DNA of 64,000 nucleotides from a virus. Both the position numbers and the translations under genes were made by a program. How positions within the stretch are numbered: the first letter of the stretch is position 1; each line of letters begins with the position of its first letter. The notes beneath the pieces were generated by a model. It was not told the DNA's origin. It saw nothing but the letters and a program-made list of their open reading frames with translations, and did no database searches. This document shows positions 36,663 to 46,703 of this stretch, piece by piece. The stretch lies in the IMG/VR virus record IMGVR_UViG_3300038416_000738; one strand, 5' to 3'.

Positions 36663-36845
36663 CTAATCTTTCGCGAGCGGCATGTACCAGTAGGTGAAGT
36701 GCGAGCGCTGGATCTCTTCCCACGGAGCCTTGGGGATCTCGACGCGCATCACGCGCTTCCAAACCTCGTACGGATCGAGGTAGCGGTGGCTATCTTGCGG
36801 ATGCTTCATCGTTTTCGCTGCACGCTTCTTCATCGGCCTCTTCAC
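36663..36845 (-). CDS. hypothetical small basic protein (only minus-strand candidate)
   Basis: non-GC-biased K/W/Y-rich composition; divergent from + gene at 36940 across an AT-richer spacer. Confidence 0.35.
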   Translation of the reverse strand: MKRPMKKRAAKTMKHPQDSHRYLDPYEVWKRVMRVEIPKAPWEEIQRSHFTYWYMPLAKD

Positions 36846-36939
36846 CCGGGACGTGGTACCACAAAATGTCGTACGCTCTCCTCGTGGTCCGTCCCTTGCA
36901 TTCAGTTGGTATGAGATGTATACCTGTGGGAGTCAAGTG

Positions 36940-37107
36940 ATGAACGATGATTCGAAGAAGGCGGACGCGGGTGAGATGGATGCAGGCGAGATGGACGCGA
37001 ACGATCGCGTGACCTTGGCGATCCTGAAGGCAGAGGCCGTCCTCGGCGACGCCATCCGTGGGAAGAGGTCGAGCGTGCCGAGGCGGCGGTGGCTAAGGAA
37101 GAACTGA
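36940..37107 (+). CDS. hypothetical small acidic protein
   Basis: weak. Confidence 0.25.
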   Translation: MNDDSKKADAGEMDAGEMDANDRVTLAILKAEAVLGDAIRGKRSSVPRRRWLRKN

Positions 37108-37249
37108 GCGCTGTTTTTCGGCGACGCCGGTCTCGAGTCCCGGGAGGTCCCGATGAGAACGACTTCCTTGCGTTTTCTTTCGCGCAGCGTGGTGTCGGTT
37201 CGGCGGGCGTGGTGCTCAGGGTGCTCCGAACACTGCGGGGGCGTAAGCC

Positions 37250-37630
37250 GTGACCAAGGCGACCAAGAACAAGCGAAAGCGGACCGAGATGCTCCGAGAA
37301 GTCGCGAGGATCTCTGAAGCGTCGAGCAAGTTGCTGGGCAAGACGCGCGACAACGCGGATCAGATTGTCCGGCTGCTCAAGGCGGGCTTGGACGATGCAG
37401 ACGATGCCGGCGACGCTGACGATGTTTCTGTCAGTAAAGAAGCGCTTCTGCGTCAACTCGTCGTCGAGATCTGCGGGCACTACGATCCGATGTTCGGGCA
37501 CATCAATCTTCATCGACTCGATGACCAACTCTGGATGTCGAGGGCGCGGGAGGCGCTAGGCGAAGAGACGTGGCTCGAGATGTTTCCCTGGTGGGTCAGT
37601 TTCCGGGAGGAAGCAGGAAAGAAGAAGTGA
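37250..37630 (+). CDS. hypothetical protein
   Basis: GTG start; ORF track. Confidence 0.45.
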   Translation: MTKATKNKRKRTEMLREVARISEASSKLLGKTRDNADQIVRLLKAGLDDADDAGDADDVSVSKEALLRQLVVEICGHYDPMFGHINLHRLDDQLWMSRAREALGEETWLEMFPWWVSFREEAGKKK

Positions 37631-38031
37631 TGCTCGAGTTGAAGGACGGGCGCTACATCGCTGCCGTTTGGTTCGTTCCGCTCCGGAACGCCGTCGACAG
37701 GAGCGGGACCTTTTTCCAGCGCGCGGACTGGCTCGCCACGCTCTACCGGGACGAGGGTGACGAGACGTTCAAGCTCCATTATCGCTTCCGGTATTACGTC
37801 GATGACAAGATCCAAGGCTCGAAGGATGGGCGCAGCGGGTACCTCGTGGATCTCGTGGGCAAGACCGAATGCGAGGCGACGGCGATCGTCTCCTCCGCGG
37901 CGAGCGTGATCGCCAAGACGTGCAAGGGTGCGGACATTCACAAGATCGTCCTCCGCTCGAGCGACGCGCGCTTCGTCGCCTCGCGCCTCGAGAAAGAAGA
38001 CTTCGTGCATTTCGAGCGCAATCGTGGCTGA
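37630..38031 (+). CDS. hypothetical protein
   Basis: TGATG overlap. Confidence 0.5.
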   Translation: MLELKDGRYIAAVWFVPLRNAVDRSGTFFQRADWLATLYRDEGDETFKLHYRFRYYVDDKIQGSKDGRSGYLVDLVGKTECEATAIVSSAASVIAKTCKGADIHKIVLRSSDARFVASRLEKEDFVHFERNRG

Positions 38032-40264
38032 CGCCCTCGTCTCCAAGAAAGCGGAACGTGGTAAGCCTGCCGAGGAAGTCTCGAACGAGGATCCGGCGGC
38101 GCCGAAGATCGGGCGCTGGTATTGGGTGTCGGACGACGACGGTGAGGGCGGCACGAAGAAGTGGTTTGGCTGCGTCACGCGCGTGGGATCGAACTACGTC
38201 GAGATCACGGCGCCGAGCCGCGGCTACGACCGCGTCCACGAAGACGAGTTTTGGAAGCGCTGCGAGCACGAGCCCGATCCCGAGCGCGTCATTCGCGACG
38301 AGATCGCCTCGCGCCAGGCCGAGGTCCGCGGGCTCATGGACAAGGTGAAGGAGATCACCGCGCGCCTCGCCATCACCACGGGACCGGTGCTCCCCTCGGC
38401 GGGCTCCGAGACCCAGGCGCTCGCGCTCCGCGGAGCGGGCGACAAGGACATGGGCAAGTACAAGAAGGCGCTCGTCCTCGCGAAGGAGAAGACGCTCCCG
38501 GAGCTTTTCAAGGAGATCAGGGACGTGAACGAGGGGCTCGGGCGATGGCTCGCCGCGGAATTGATCCCGATGGAGGCCCAGGCCGAGGCGATGGAGCCAG
38601 CGATTGAGGCCATCCAAGATCGCATCTTCTCGGTCGAACTTTACGCGGGTCTCGTCGAAGAGATCATCCAGATCCGGCAGGGTGAGCCCGCCCCCGTCGG
38701 CGAGAAGATCCGACTGATGCAGCGTCGCTGTTATTGTGATGAGGAGTGTTTGGCGCGCTACGAAGTCGGCGGCATGGAATTCAAGGACATGCACGCCTTC
38801 GATCGCTGGCTCGCGAAGAAGGAAAATATGGAACGGATCCTCCCGTTCCCACGCTGCGTCGCTGCGTTCCAAGTGCGGCGCGCCAAGAAGGAGCGCGAGT
38901 GGGGGAACTTGGCCGAGTTTCTCAACATCATTAACGAGGAGAAGACGGACAAGTTCACGTACCTCTATCTCCGCAACGGCGCGCAGCTCTTCTGCCTCGG
39001 GACGGGCATCGAGTTCGGCGAGCAACTTTTCCCGGACATGGCTTCCTGGAAAGTGTCGAAAGGTGGCCCGCTCTACGCGAAAATGTTCTCGGATCGCGTC
39101 GACAAGATCATCACGAAGGACGAGTACGACGCGATGGTCGAGGAAGAGGAGAAAGAAATCGCGGAAGAAGAAGCGGAGGCGAAGAAGCACCCGGAGAAGG
39201 ATCGCTGGAGGTCCAGGAGTTACTTCCGCGAATCACGCGACTACAAGCCCTTCGATCGCTCGAACGTTCACTACGACGAGATGGTCAAGCACGTGCAGGA
39301 CGAGATGAAGAGGCACAACCGCCTCGTGCTCGTGCTCCAGGGACTGCTCGATCGGTCGCCCGTCTTCCACCCACACCCGCCTTGGGCCGTGTGGACGGAC
39401 GCAGGTTTCGGGCAGGCCCTCGAACTCGTCTACGACGACACGCGCGCGCTCGCGCCTGGCGAGCGCCCCGACTTCGAGGCGTACCGCGCGCGCCTGAACG
39501 CGTCCCTGAAGGCCGGTTCGATCACCATCGGTCAAGAGATCCAGTGGGAGAAGGAGGAAGCGATCAAGGAGAACGCCCGGATGGATCGCGACTACCGCCA
39601 CAAGCGGAGCGACTACCGCCCGACGCGCTACCGTCCCTACGGAAACCCCGGTCCCGGCAAGCTCGCGCGCGTCTTCGAGTGGAAACCCAAGTCGAAAAAG
39701 TGCGTCTACGAGTGGAAGCGGGAGCGCCAGACGCAGACGTGGAAGGACGACGGTAGCTCCATCCGCTGCACGTTCATGGTCGATGCTTCGAAAGTCTTCC
39801 ACGTCGATGCCTACAAGCCCGGAGACTTCCACCAATTCTTCGATGACCCGCGGACGCGCGCCGACTACCTCGAGTGGGCGCCCTTCCTCCTCGCGGCCGA
39901 GGAGTACCACGCGGGAAACCGCAAGGCGCCGAAGCCGCTCGAACCGATCCCGCGGCGCAAGACCGAGGACGGCGCGTGGAAGTACAGGAAGAAAAAGCAG
40001 CGGAAAGCTTGGCTCGGGAAAGCGATCCGTTTGAAACAGGCCGTGACGACGCAAGGCGGGGCGGCCCATGAGAAGGGGACGCTCTGGCGGGTGATCGATG
40101 GTCGCGGCGACCACTTCTCCATCGCGGGCATCGACGACGAGGGACGCCGCCTTCTTGGTGAGGACAAGCGCTTCGTCATGAACGTCCACATGGGCAAGTT
40201 CGAGCTGGACAACGCGGTGCCGCCCGAGCCGCCCGAGCCGGAGGAGGAAGAGGAAGAAAAATGA
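38024..40264 (+). CDS. large hypothetical protein (747 aa)
   Basis: GTG start overlapping previous stop; long uninterrupted ORF with balanced W/Y/F/K/E-rich composition; no recognisable motif. Confidence 0.7.
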   Translation: MADALVSKKAERGKPAEEVSNEDPAAPKIGRWYWVSDDDGEGGTKKWFGCVTRVGSNYVEITAPSRGYDRVHEDEFWKRCEHEPDPERVIRDEIASRQAEVRGLMDKVKEITARLAITTGPVLPSAGSETQALALRGAGDKDMGKYKKALVLAKEKTLPELFKEIRDVNEGLGRWLAAELIPMEAQAEAMEPAIEAIQDRIFSVELYAGLVEEIIQIRQGEPAPVGEKIRLMQRRCYCDEECLARYEVGGMEFKDMHAFDRWLAKKENMERILPFPRCVAAFQVRRAKKEREWGNLAEFLNIINEEKTDKFTYLYLRNGAQLFCLGTGIEFGEQLFPDMASWKVSKGGPLYAKMFSDRVDKIITKDEYDAMVEEEEKEIAEEEAEAKKHPEKDRWRSRSYFRESRDYKPFDRSNVHYDEMVKHVQDEMKRHNRLVLVLQGLLDRSPVFHPHPPWAVWTDAGFGQALELVYDDTRALAPGERPDFEAYRARLNASLKAGSITIGQEIQWEKEEAIKENARMDRDYRHKRSDYRPTRYRPYGNPGPGKLARVFEWKPKSKKCVYEWKRERQTQTWKDDGSSIRCTFMVDASKVFHVDAYKPGDFHQFFDDPRTRADYLEWAPFLLAAEEYHAGNRKAPKPLEPIPRRKTEDGAWKYRKKKQRKAWLGKAIRLKQAVTTQGGAAHEKGTLWRVIDGRGDHFSIAGIDDEGRRLLGEDKRFVMNVHMGKFELDNAVPPEPPEPEEEEEEK

Positions 40265-40377
40265 TGACGGCCGCCGCGTCAGGCCTTGCCGAGCCCGGCG
40301 TCCGTGAGCATACAAGTTGCATGTGATGCTGCAGAGAGGACTTGTGAGGAATGCAAGTCAGTGTTATGCAGTGGTAG

Positions 40378-40698
40378 TTGTTGGTATCTCAACCTGCGAG
40401 GAGGACGGCGATGTGCGAGGCGTGCGACAAGATGGCCGAGTTGGGGAAGATCGCGGGCGCGGCCCGCGACCATGAGGAGGCCGTAGCCGACGTGGCGGAC
40501 GCGGCGATGGCGCTCGCGGGGTCCGACGACGTCGAGATGGGGCCGGAGACGACGAGGGTCCCGACCGCGCTCTTCGAGAAGCTCCTCGAGGTCTGCGCGG
40601 AGCTGGATGTGGCGCAGGAGATCGCGCTCGAGACGCTCGACGCGGCCGTGGCGCGGCTCGGCGAGGCTGGGATCGAGACTGGAGGTCTGTCGTCATGA
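40378..40698 (+). CDS. hypothetical acidic protein
   Basis: ORF track; alt start ATG 40411. Confidence 0.4.
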   Translation: MLVSQPARRTAMCEACDKMAELGKIAGAARDHEEAVADVADAAMALAGSDDVEMGPETTRVPTALFEKLLEVCAELDVAQEIALETLDAAVARLGEAGIETGGLSS

Positions 40699-41060
40699 AA
40701 CCCGGCCGGTTCTTGGTCGCCGCTGTTTTCACGGCATCGTTTTTCGCGTCTTCCTCTTCGGGAGCGCTCGCGCTGCCGGCGGCTCATGCCGGTGATGAGT
40801 CCTTCGGGAGTACCGTCCTCGGCTGTTATCACCCGGGAGCCACGTTCACCTCCGCGACGTACGCGCGCGGACGGGACCGGCATGCTTGGACGGGCTGGAT
40901 CAAGTTCCGCGAGGGTCGTCACGAAGGCTTCGCGATGTCTTTCCAGATGGACATGAAGACGACGCGGGGAGAGACCTTCTATCGCGTCCTGCCGGTCACG
41001 GACGACGGGACGATGCAGGCTGCGTCCGGTTGCTACCTCCGCGAATGGCAGCGGTATTGA
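40695..41060 (+). CDS. secreted hypothetical protein
   Basis: cleavable signal peptide (…ALALPAAHA). Confidence 0.5.
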   Translation: MKPGRFLVAAVFTASFFASSSSGALALPAAHAGDESFGSTVLGCYHPGATFTSATYARGRDRHAWTGWIKFREGRHEGFAMSFQMDMKTTRGETFYRVLPVTDDGTMQAASGCYLREWQRY

Positions 41061-41070
41061 GGAGGATGCT

Positions 41071-41397
41071 ATGACGCCGAAGTCGAGTCGTTTTTGGCAG
41101 AAGCGCGAGAAGCGCTCTTTGGTCGACGCGAAGATGGAGGCCGAGCGCCTCCTTCGGAAGCTCGGTGAGAACAATTTGTCGCCGTCTGCGCGAAGCCTCC
41201 ACGAGCGGCGGCTCAGCGCGGCGCTTCGCGAGTGTGGCCCCTGCCGCGCGACGTGGTTCGAGGGTCGCGCGTTCATCGAGATCGCGCATCGGATGGTCCG
41301 CAAGGCTGCGGCGGTCGTCGGAATCGCTGCTCCGTCGCCCGTCGCGACGCCTCCGAACGCGCGCAGGACGGTCGGTTACTCGCGGAGGATCGCGTGA
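41071..41397 (+). CDS. hypothetical protein
   Basis: ORF track. Confidence 0.4.
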   Translation: MTPKSSRFWQKREKRSLVDAKMEAERLLRKLGENNLSPSARSLHERRLSAALRECGPCRATWFEGRAFIEIAHRMVRKAAAVVGIAAPSPVATPPNARRTVGYSRRIA

Positions 41398-41753
41398 CGC
41401 GCCCCATTCTGGACGACATCAAGCAGCTCCTCCTTGCGCGCGGTTGGAAGATCGACGGTGACGTTCGCGCGAATGCGCAGGGCGAGCTTCACGAGTTCAT
41501 TCATCCTGAAACGAGTCGTCGCCGCGCATGGCTCGACGCCGTCCTCGACGAGGGCGCGCGCGAGATTGCTGGGCCGGGAACCCTGCGCCCTGCCTCCTCG
41601 GCATCGCTTTCGTCGGACCCCGGGCCGAGGATCATGTGCGCGGTCGTGAGGGGCAAGCATACGAATCCCAAATGTTCCTATGCTCAATCGAACACGCTCG
41701 AGCCGAATCCGTGGAGCGGCGAGCACGAACTCAAGGAGGACCTTGGGCCATGA
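41394..41753 (+). CDS. hypothetical protein
   Basis: GTGA overlap. Confidence 0.4.
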   Translation: MTRPILDDIKQLLLARGWKIDGDVRANAQGELHEFIHPETSRRRAWLDAVLDEGAREIAGPGTLRPASSASLSSDPGPRIMCAVVRGKHTNPKCSYAQSNTLEPNPWSGEHELKEDLGP

Positions 41754-41810
41754 AATTCGAGAACGAGAGCACGACACGCCGCGATCTCCCGCCGCGCTGC
41801 CGGCGAGTGG

Positions 41811-42401
41811 ATGCAGCCGATGACGAACGACCCGTGGATCGTCTCGATGCTCATCCAGTCGATCAACGACCACAAGCAGATCGTGGAGAGTCATCCGGCG
41901 TCGCTTTCGTCGCGCATGGCTCGGAAAGACGCTTCGAAGCGTCGCGAGGAACTCTTGCCGCTGCCCGCGCCTTTTTACGTCGTGGACTTGAAGGACGAGT
42001 TCGTCTCGCGCCCGCCGTCTGGAGCCGCGCGTCGTGTTTCGGGTCGCGCGATCGAATGGTCGCATCGCTGGGACGTGCGTGGTCACGAATGTATCCGCAT
42101 TGAACGTGGAGCGGCACCTGCCGATCCGAAGGAGATCACGAAGCTGAAGAAGCGTGGCTATCGCGTCTACGAAGCGGGAGAGATCTCCGCGGACGACGCT
42201 GCGAGGCTCATGAAGCGCGGCGTGCGCGCGCCGGGTCCGCAGGAGTGGATCGCGGTGCTCTCGTACTGGCGCGACGCGTTCGTGAAGGGTCCGGAGTCGC
42301 GGCCGTGCCCGCTGCGCGGGCGGAGGCGCCTTGACGATGCCGACCGGAACACCGATCTCGATCAAGTGCCCGAAATGCAAACGCGGCAAGTGGGGTCGTG
42401 A
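41811..42401 (+). CDS. hypothetical protein
   Basis: ORF track; overlaps next ORF by ~65 nt. Confidence 0.45.
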   Translation: MQPMTNDPWIVSMLIQSINDHKQIVESHPASLSSRMARKDASKRREELLPLPAPFYVVDLKDEFVSRPPSGAARRVSGRAIEWSHRWDVRGHECIRIERGAAPADPKEITKLKKRGYRVYEAGEISADDAARLMKRGVRAPGPQEWIAVLSYWRDAFVKGPESRPCPLRGRRRLDDADRNTDLDQVPEMQTRQVGS

Positions 42402-42627
42402 TCGTAATCGCAAAGGCATCCAAGCTGTCGGTTGCGAAGTGAGGCCGACGCGCTCGCAGCACTCGGGTCACGGTGGCGGCGGTTCCGCGTTTTACGGTCA
42501 TCGTTCGATCGTGTGCTGTCTTGATTGCGGGCATGTATGGCCGACGACGCTCTACACATGGGCACGCATCGACTGGACTCATTGCGCGCGTCCCCATTGT
42601 GACTGCAGGCCGTTTGTGAGAGCTTGA
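42337..42627 (+). CDS. hypothetical Zn-ribbon protein
   Basis: CPKC...CLDCG; start uncertain (TTG 42331 / ATG 42337). Confidence 0.4.
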   Translation: MPTGTPISIKCPKCKRGKWGRDRNRKGIQAVGCEVRPTRSQHSGHGGGGSAFYGHRSIVCCLDCGHVWPTTLYTWARIDWTHCARPHCDCRPFVRA

Positions 42628-42652
42628 CATACCACTTTGCATCTGTTACAGT
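42624..42652 (+). promoter_or_regulatory. sigma70-like promoter TTGACA-N17-TACAGT
   Basis: AT-rich 70-bp island in GC-rich DNA; AAGGAG RBS then ATG 42695. Confidence 0.45.
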
Positions 42653-42694
42653 CATGTGAAGCTGATTGAAGTTGTTTGACTAAAGGAGCACCCC

Positions 42695-42988
42695 ATGAAG
42701 AAGAAGCGGTTCTGCAAGGTCGCGCTCGAGAAGGTCTCGCGCACCGATCTCATCTGCATTGGTTGCGGTAACTTTAGGACGGAATGGGCCATCGTTCCCA
42801 TCGGTGGCGCGGAGCCGGTCGCCGGACTTCACACGAAATGCATTCCCGGGATGCACGTGCGCCACGCGCGGAAACCCAAGACCGAGCAGGCTGTCGCGAA
42901 GGATGCTGCGGGCAGCGTGACGAAGGTGCCCGAAGAGCGGCGATACACGCGTGGGTACGACAAGGACCACGACGGATACACGGGCTGA
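42695..42988 (+). CDS. hypothetical Cys-containing protein
   Basis: ORF track. Confidence 0.45.
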   Translation: MKKKRFCKVALEKVSRTDLICIGCGNFRTEWAIVPIGGAEPVAGLHTKCIPGMHVRHARKPKTEQAVAKDAAGSVTKVPEERRYTRGYDKDHDGYTG

Positions 42989-42996
42989 GCCGGTCC

Positions 42997-43287
42997 ATGG
43001 GAACCTCGAAGGCGGAAATCGGCCACTGGTTCGACAGCGGCAAGCAGCGCGGCGCGACGCACATGATCGTCGTCTGCGACACGTGGGATTGGCAAGACGA
43101 GCCCATCTACATCATGCCCGGCGAGGACGTGGCGGCGAAGTGCGGGACCATCGCGGAGCGCTACAAGCGCGGCGAGAGCATGCTCAAGGTGATGGAGGTC
43201 TACGCGATGCACCTGCCGAAGGAAGACCAGTTGAACGAGTACCGCGCGAAGCACTTCGAGTCCCCGCATCCCGGAGGTTATAAGTGA
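42997..43287 (+). CDS. hypothetical protein
   Basis: ATG 42997 in ORF 42784..43287. Confidence 0.45.
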   Translation: MGTSKAEIGHWFDSGKQRGATHMIVVCDTWDWQDEPIYIMPGEDVAAKCGTIAERYKRGESMLKVMEVYAMHLPKEDQLNEYRAKHFESPHPGGYK

Positions 43288-43748
43288 CGAGCTATTTCGA
43301 CGATGCGGCGCGCGCCGTTCGTGAGGTCCCGAAGACGCTTGGCGACGAGGACTACCTCGCCGCGGTCGCGGAGATCGAGAAGGACGTCATCCGGGACGTG
43401 ATCCTTTGCACGGGCGACCGGGAGTTTCCGGACGAGCTTCGCGAGAAGATCATGACCGTCATCGCGTGCAAAGGCGTCTACGTGCTTTCGGGTCTTCCTC
43501 CGACCGAAGACGCGCGCGTCCAGGCGCTCGTGATGCGCTACTCCGAGTTGATCGAGGATCTCCACTCGGCGTTCCACGCGCTCGCGAGCCGGCGCACTAG
43601 GGCGCGCTGGGGTTTTTGGTCGGACTCGCCGCGCCAGAACATCGTGTCCCGGAAATGTCATGACGAGCCCGAAGACGAGCCGACGCCGTCGGAGCGGGAG
43701 GACTGGGCCGCAGAAGAGAAGCACGACTTCATCAAGGAGGGGCGATGA
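43284..43748 (+). CDS. hypothetical protein
   Basis: GTGA overlap. Confidence 0.5.
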   Translation: MTSYFDDAARAVREVPKTLGDEDYLAAVAEIEKDVIRDVILCTGDREFPDELREKIMTVIACKGVYVLSGLPPTEDARVQALVMRYSELIEDLHSAFHALASRRTRARWGFWSDSPRQNIVSRKCHDEPEDEPTPSEREDWAAEEKHDFIKEGR

Positions 43749-43954
43749 AGAAGCGGGCGAAGAAAGAGCGACTGTGCAACGCAGAGATCTCTGGATTCAC
43801 GCTTCGGTGCTGCCTGCCGAAGAATCACAAGGGACAGAGGCACCGCATCGCCACTTGGGACAACTTCGGAGAAGGCTTGGAGGTGTTGTGCGGCGATCCG
43901 AAATGCGACTGCCAGAATCACGCGTGCCGGCCGCGACGCGAGGCGATGTTATGA
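43745..43954 (+). CDS. hypothetical Cys-rich protein
   Basis: ORF track. Confidence 0.4.
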   Translation: MKKRAKKERLCNAEISGFTLRCCLPKNHKGQRHRIATWDNFGEGLEVLCGDPKCDCQNHACRPRREAML

Positions 43955-44622
43955 AACCCGACGAGTTGACGCTCGCGCACTGCGAAGAGGCGCTTGGCGA
44001 GAAGGCTCTCGCGTGGGCGGGACGCTGCTACGAGATCGCGTGCGCGATCGTGGACGCGAAGCTCGTTCGCGGCGTCGCGGTCTACGGACATTGGCTCGGA
44101 CCCGTGGACGAGAAGTCCACGTTCTGGCGCGGGGGAACGTTGCCGTTCGTGCAGCATGGATGGATCGTCCTTCACGATGACGAGCGCATCCTCGATCCGA
44201 CTCGGTGGGCTTTCGAGGCGCGCGCACCGTACCTCTTTCTCGGTCTGCCGACGAAGCTGGACGGGCGCGCCTGCTACGACGAGGGCGGCAACAGTTTCCG
44301 GGGCGCGATGCGCGAGGCGCCGCCGGACTTCGATCCGGATGACAGGATGTTCGACATCACGAAGAGCGTGATGGACAGCGCGACGTGGAGGTTTGTCGAG
44401 GAATATCTCCGGCTCGACGTCACCGAGCAAGAGCCGGGAATCCTCACCCTGCACCAGCTCATGTGGCTCGCGAACTCGCCGCTCGCGCAGCTCGGCGAGC
44501 ACGCTTCGAAGGTCTACGCAGCGATCAAGAAGCTCGATCTCGAAGCGTTCATCCCGATCGACAACGCGCGGCGCGTCGAAGAGGGTCGATGGAACCCGAA
44601 GCGCCGCATGGCAGGACGGTAA
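43951..44622 (+). CDS. hypothetical protein, possible papain-like (Cys-His-Asp) fold
   Basis: ordered C(…RCYEIAC), H(…QHGWIVLH), D(…HDDERILD) spacing resembles NlpC/P60-transglutaminase-like peptidases; speculative. Confidence 0.45.
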   Translation: MKPDELTLAHCEEALGEKALAWAGRCYEIACAIVDAKLVRGVAVYGHWLGPVDEKSTFWRGGTLPFVQHGWIVLHDDERILDPTRWAFEARAPYLFLGLPTKLDGRACYDEGGNSFRGAMREAPPDFDPDDRMFDITKSVMDSATWRFVEEYLRLDVTEQEPGILTLHQLMWLANSPLAQLGEHASKVYAAIKKLDLEAFIPIDNARRVEEGRWNPKRRMAGR

Positions 44623-44625
44623 CTC

Positions 44626-45861
44626 ATGATGTTGAAGATGGTTCAGGAAGGACGAACGGACATGCCCGCGATCGAAGACAACTTGCAAGCCGGTGTCGAG
44701 GCCAAGGTGACCGTGGAGATGGGGCCCTTGCTCGAGAAATGCGACAGCCTGCGTGCGGCGCTCGCGGTTCACGCGGAAGCCGCGAGACGGGATTGCGAAC
44801 GCCGGGTGCGCAACGCCATCTTTGCCGTGCTCGGGATGCCCGAGGTTCCCGAGGCTTCTGTTTTTGCGGAGTCGAAGGTGCGACTCGTCGAGCAGCTCAC
44901 CTCTTTCGCACGGCACATGGGTCTCGAGCTTGCGCTACCGCTTGTGCCAGGTTCGCTCGTCGAACCTCTGTCGTCTTCTGTGGAGCCCACCCCTTCGTCG
45001 TCGATCGCGGATCCCGTCAAGGCTCCACCTCGGCTCGAGCGGCGCGCCGCGCGGCCTGAGGACGTCGAGGCCGCGTGGAAGCTCGTGGAGGAGATCGAGG
45101 TCTTGCGGAGCGACGTCACCGCGGAGAAATACCACCACACGCGCCTCGGGCCTTTGCTCCAGGCCGTCGTCGCGGAGGTGCGCATCTTTCAAGATCGCTT
45201 GCCTCCCCATCACGAGGCGAGCGAGAGGCTCGGTAGCTACCTGCCCGTGCTCGGCGCGCTCAAGACCGAGGGGGGTGTCACCGGTTTCATCCGGGGTCTC
45301 GCGTTTGGCTCGACCGGCGACTGGGAGAACATCGCGCGGAAATGCCGGCGCAAGGTGGCCGATTATGATCGCGACGCTGAGAAGCCGGTCACGCCGTCGC
45401 GTCGCCCGTCCCAGAAGGAACCGGTCACCGCGCTTGGCGCGGCCCTCGCGAAGGCGAAGCTGGTCGAAGACAAGAAGGCTCCTGCGGCGGCGCACTCGTG
45501 GCCGAAGCTCCCGCTCTTGCGCGCGCTCGAGGGCCCGATCCTTCTCGCGGGAGGTATGCTCGTCCCGGAGAAGATCGTGTCGATCAAGGAGCGCTTTGGC
45601 TTCGACGTCGAGTGGCATGTGATCGATCACGACAGCCCGCGCGGCGAGAACACGCTCGAGAAGCGCGTGCGCGCGGGGAAGGTCGGGGCCGTGATCCTGC
45701 TCGAAGGCGTCATGCGGCACTCGACGTGGAAGAGCATCGTCGACGCGTGCGACAACGCGAGCGTCGCGTATGCGATGGGCGATAAGGCCGGTACGGCGAG
45801 CCTCGAAGCTGCGTTCAACGATCTCGAGCGCAAGCTCGGCGCGGGAGCGGAGAAGAAATGA
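44626..45861 (+). CDS. hypothetical protein (411 aa)
   Basis: ORF track. Confidence 0.55.
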   Translation: MMLKMVQEGRTDMPAIEDNLQAGVEAKVTVEMGPLLEKCDSLRAALAVHAEAARRDCERRVRNAIFAVLGMPEVPEASVFAESKVRLVEQLTSFARHMGLELALPLVPGSLVEPLSSSVEPTPSSSIADPVKAPPRLERRAARPEDVEAAWKLVEEIEVLRSDVTAEKYHHTRLGPLLQAVVAEVRIFQDRLPPHHEASERLGSYLPVLGALKTEGGVTGFIRGLAFGSTGDWENIARKCRRKVADYDRDAEKPVTPSRRPSQKEPVTALGAALAKAKLVEDKKAPAAAHSWPKLPLLRALEGPILLAGGMLVPEKIVSIKERFGFDVEWHVIDHDSPRGENTLEKRVRAGKVGAVILLEGVMRHSTWKSIVDACDNASVAYAMGDKAGTASLEAAFNDLERKLGAGAEKK

Positions 45862-46079
45862 AAAAGGTGAGCGTTTCTTTCCAGACGATTGTCAACGTCG
45901 AGGGCGTCGGTTTCGAAGGGGAGAAACCCTCCGAGGAACGGATCGCGGCGCACATCCAACGTTATTTCGAAAAACGATTGGCGGACGACGTTGGTCGCGA
46001 CACTTGGGACCCGACGGCGGGCGTGTTCATCGTCTCGGTCTCGAAGATCGAGACAGAGATCAAGGAGAAGCGGAAATGA
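45858..46079 (+). CDS. hypothetical protein
   Basis: ATGA overlap. Confidence 0.4.
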   Translation: MKKVSVSFQTIVNVEGVGFEGEKPSEERIAAHIQRYFEKRLADDVGRDTWDPTAGVFIVSVSKIETEIKEKRK

Positions 46080-46423
46080 CGATCACGGAATACCTGCAGT
46101 CGCTCGGCAAGACGCCGGACGAAGTCGCCATGAGCTTGCGGGCCCAAGGCATCAAGGGCGAGAAGCTCTCCTACACGATGTGTCCGATCCTCAACGGGAT
46201 CTACAAGGCGTGTCCGGATTATTGGTCAGGCCTCCGCATCGTGAACGGCACGAAGGGTGACGACGGTCACTGGTACTACAGGGCGACGCTTCACGACGCG
46301 CAGATCATGGATCCGAGTCTGCCGGAGCCCGTGATGGACTTCATTGGCGCGTTTGATCACGGTACGTACCCGGATCTCGAAGCGAAGAGCGTCAAAGAGG
46401 TGACGATGAGAGTCTGGGAGTGA
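46076..46423 (+). CDS. hypothetical protein
   Basis: ATGA overlap. Confidence 0.45.
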   Translation: MTITEYLQSLGKTPDEVAMSLRAQGIKGEKLSYTMCPILNGIYKACPDYWSGLRIVNGTKGDDGHWYYRATLHDAQIMDPSLPEPVMDFIGAFDHGTYPDLEAKSVKEVTMRVWE

Positions 46424-46605
46424 GGATCGCGATGAACGATGAAGAACTCGCGAAGTACATCTTCGCATGGCTGGAGACTCGAAACCGCGCGGCGCTGCGA
46501 GACGTTTTGGAGAGCATGACGATTGCGGATCGCAGGCTTGCTTTGGAGGAGCTGGCATTTATTCTGCTCCATAAGGGTCGTCCGCCCAACTGGGTCGCTC
46601 CGTAG
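46420..46605 (+). CDS. hypothetical protein
   Basis: ORF track. Confidence 0.35.
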   Translation: MRIAMNDEELAKYIFAWLETRNRAALRDVLESMTIADRRLALEELAFILLHKGRPPNWVAP

Positions 46606-46703
46606 ATTGATCGGGTCGATCTGGGGAGTGATTTGCACTCAAGTTTGCAGTATGACGGAGGACCGATGAATCTGAACACGAACGACGTGAAGAAACGCGC
46701 GCG

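Noticed and set aside
41811-42627. 65-nt overlap between ORF 41811-42401 and Zn-ribbon ORF 42337-42627
   Set aside because: Could indicate a mis-called start or frameshift, but both ORFs look protein-like and no decisive evidence is available from sequence alone; left as annotated.
46652-46666. 5-codon mini-ORF (MTEDR*) starting in the conserved GTTTGCAGTATG 12-mer
   Set aside because: Too short to call; may be a leader peptide or coincidence.
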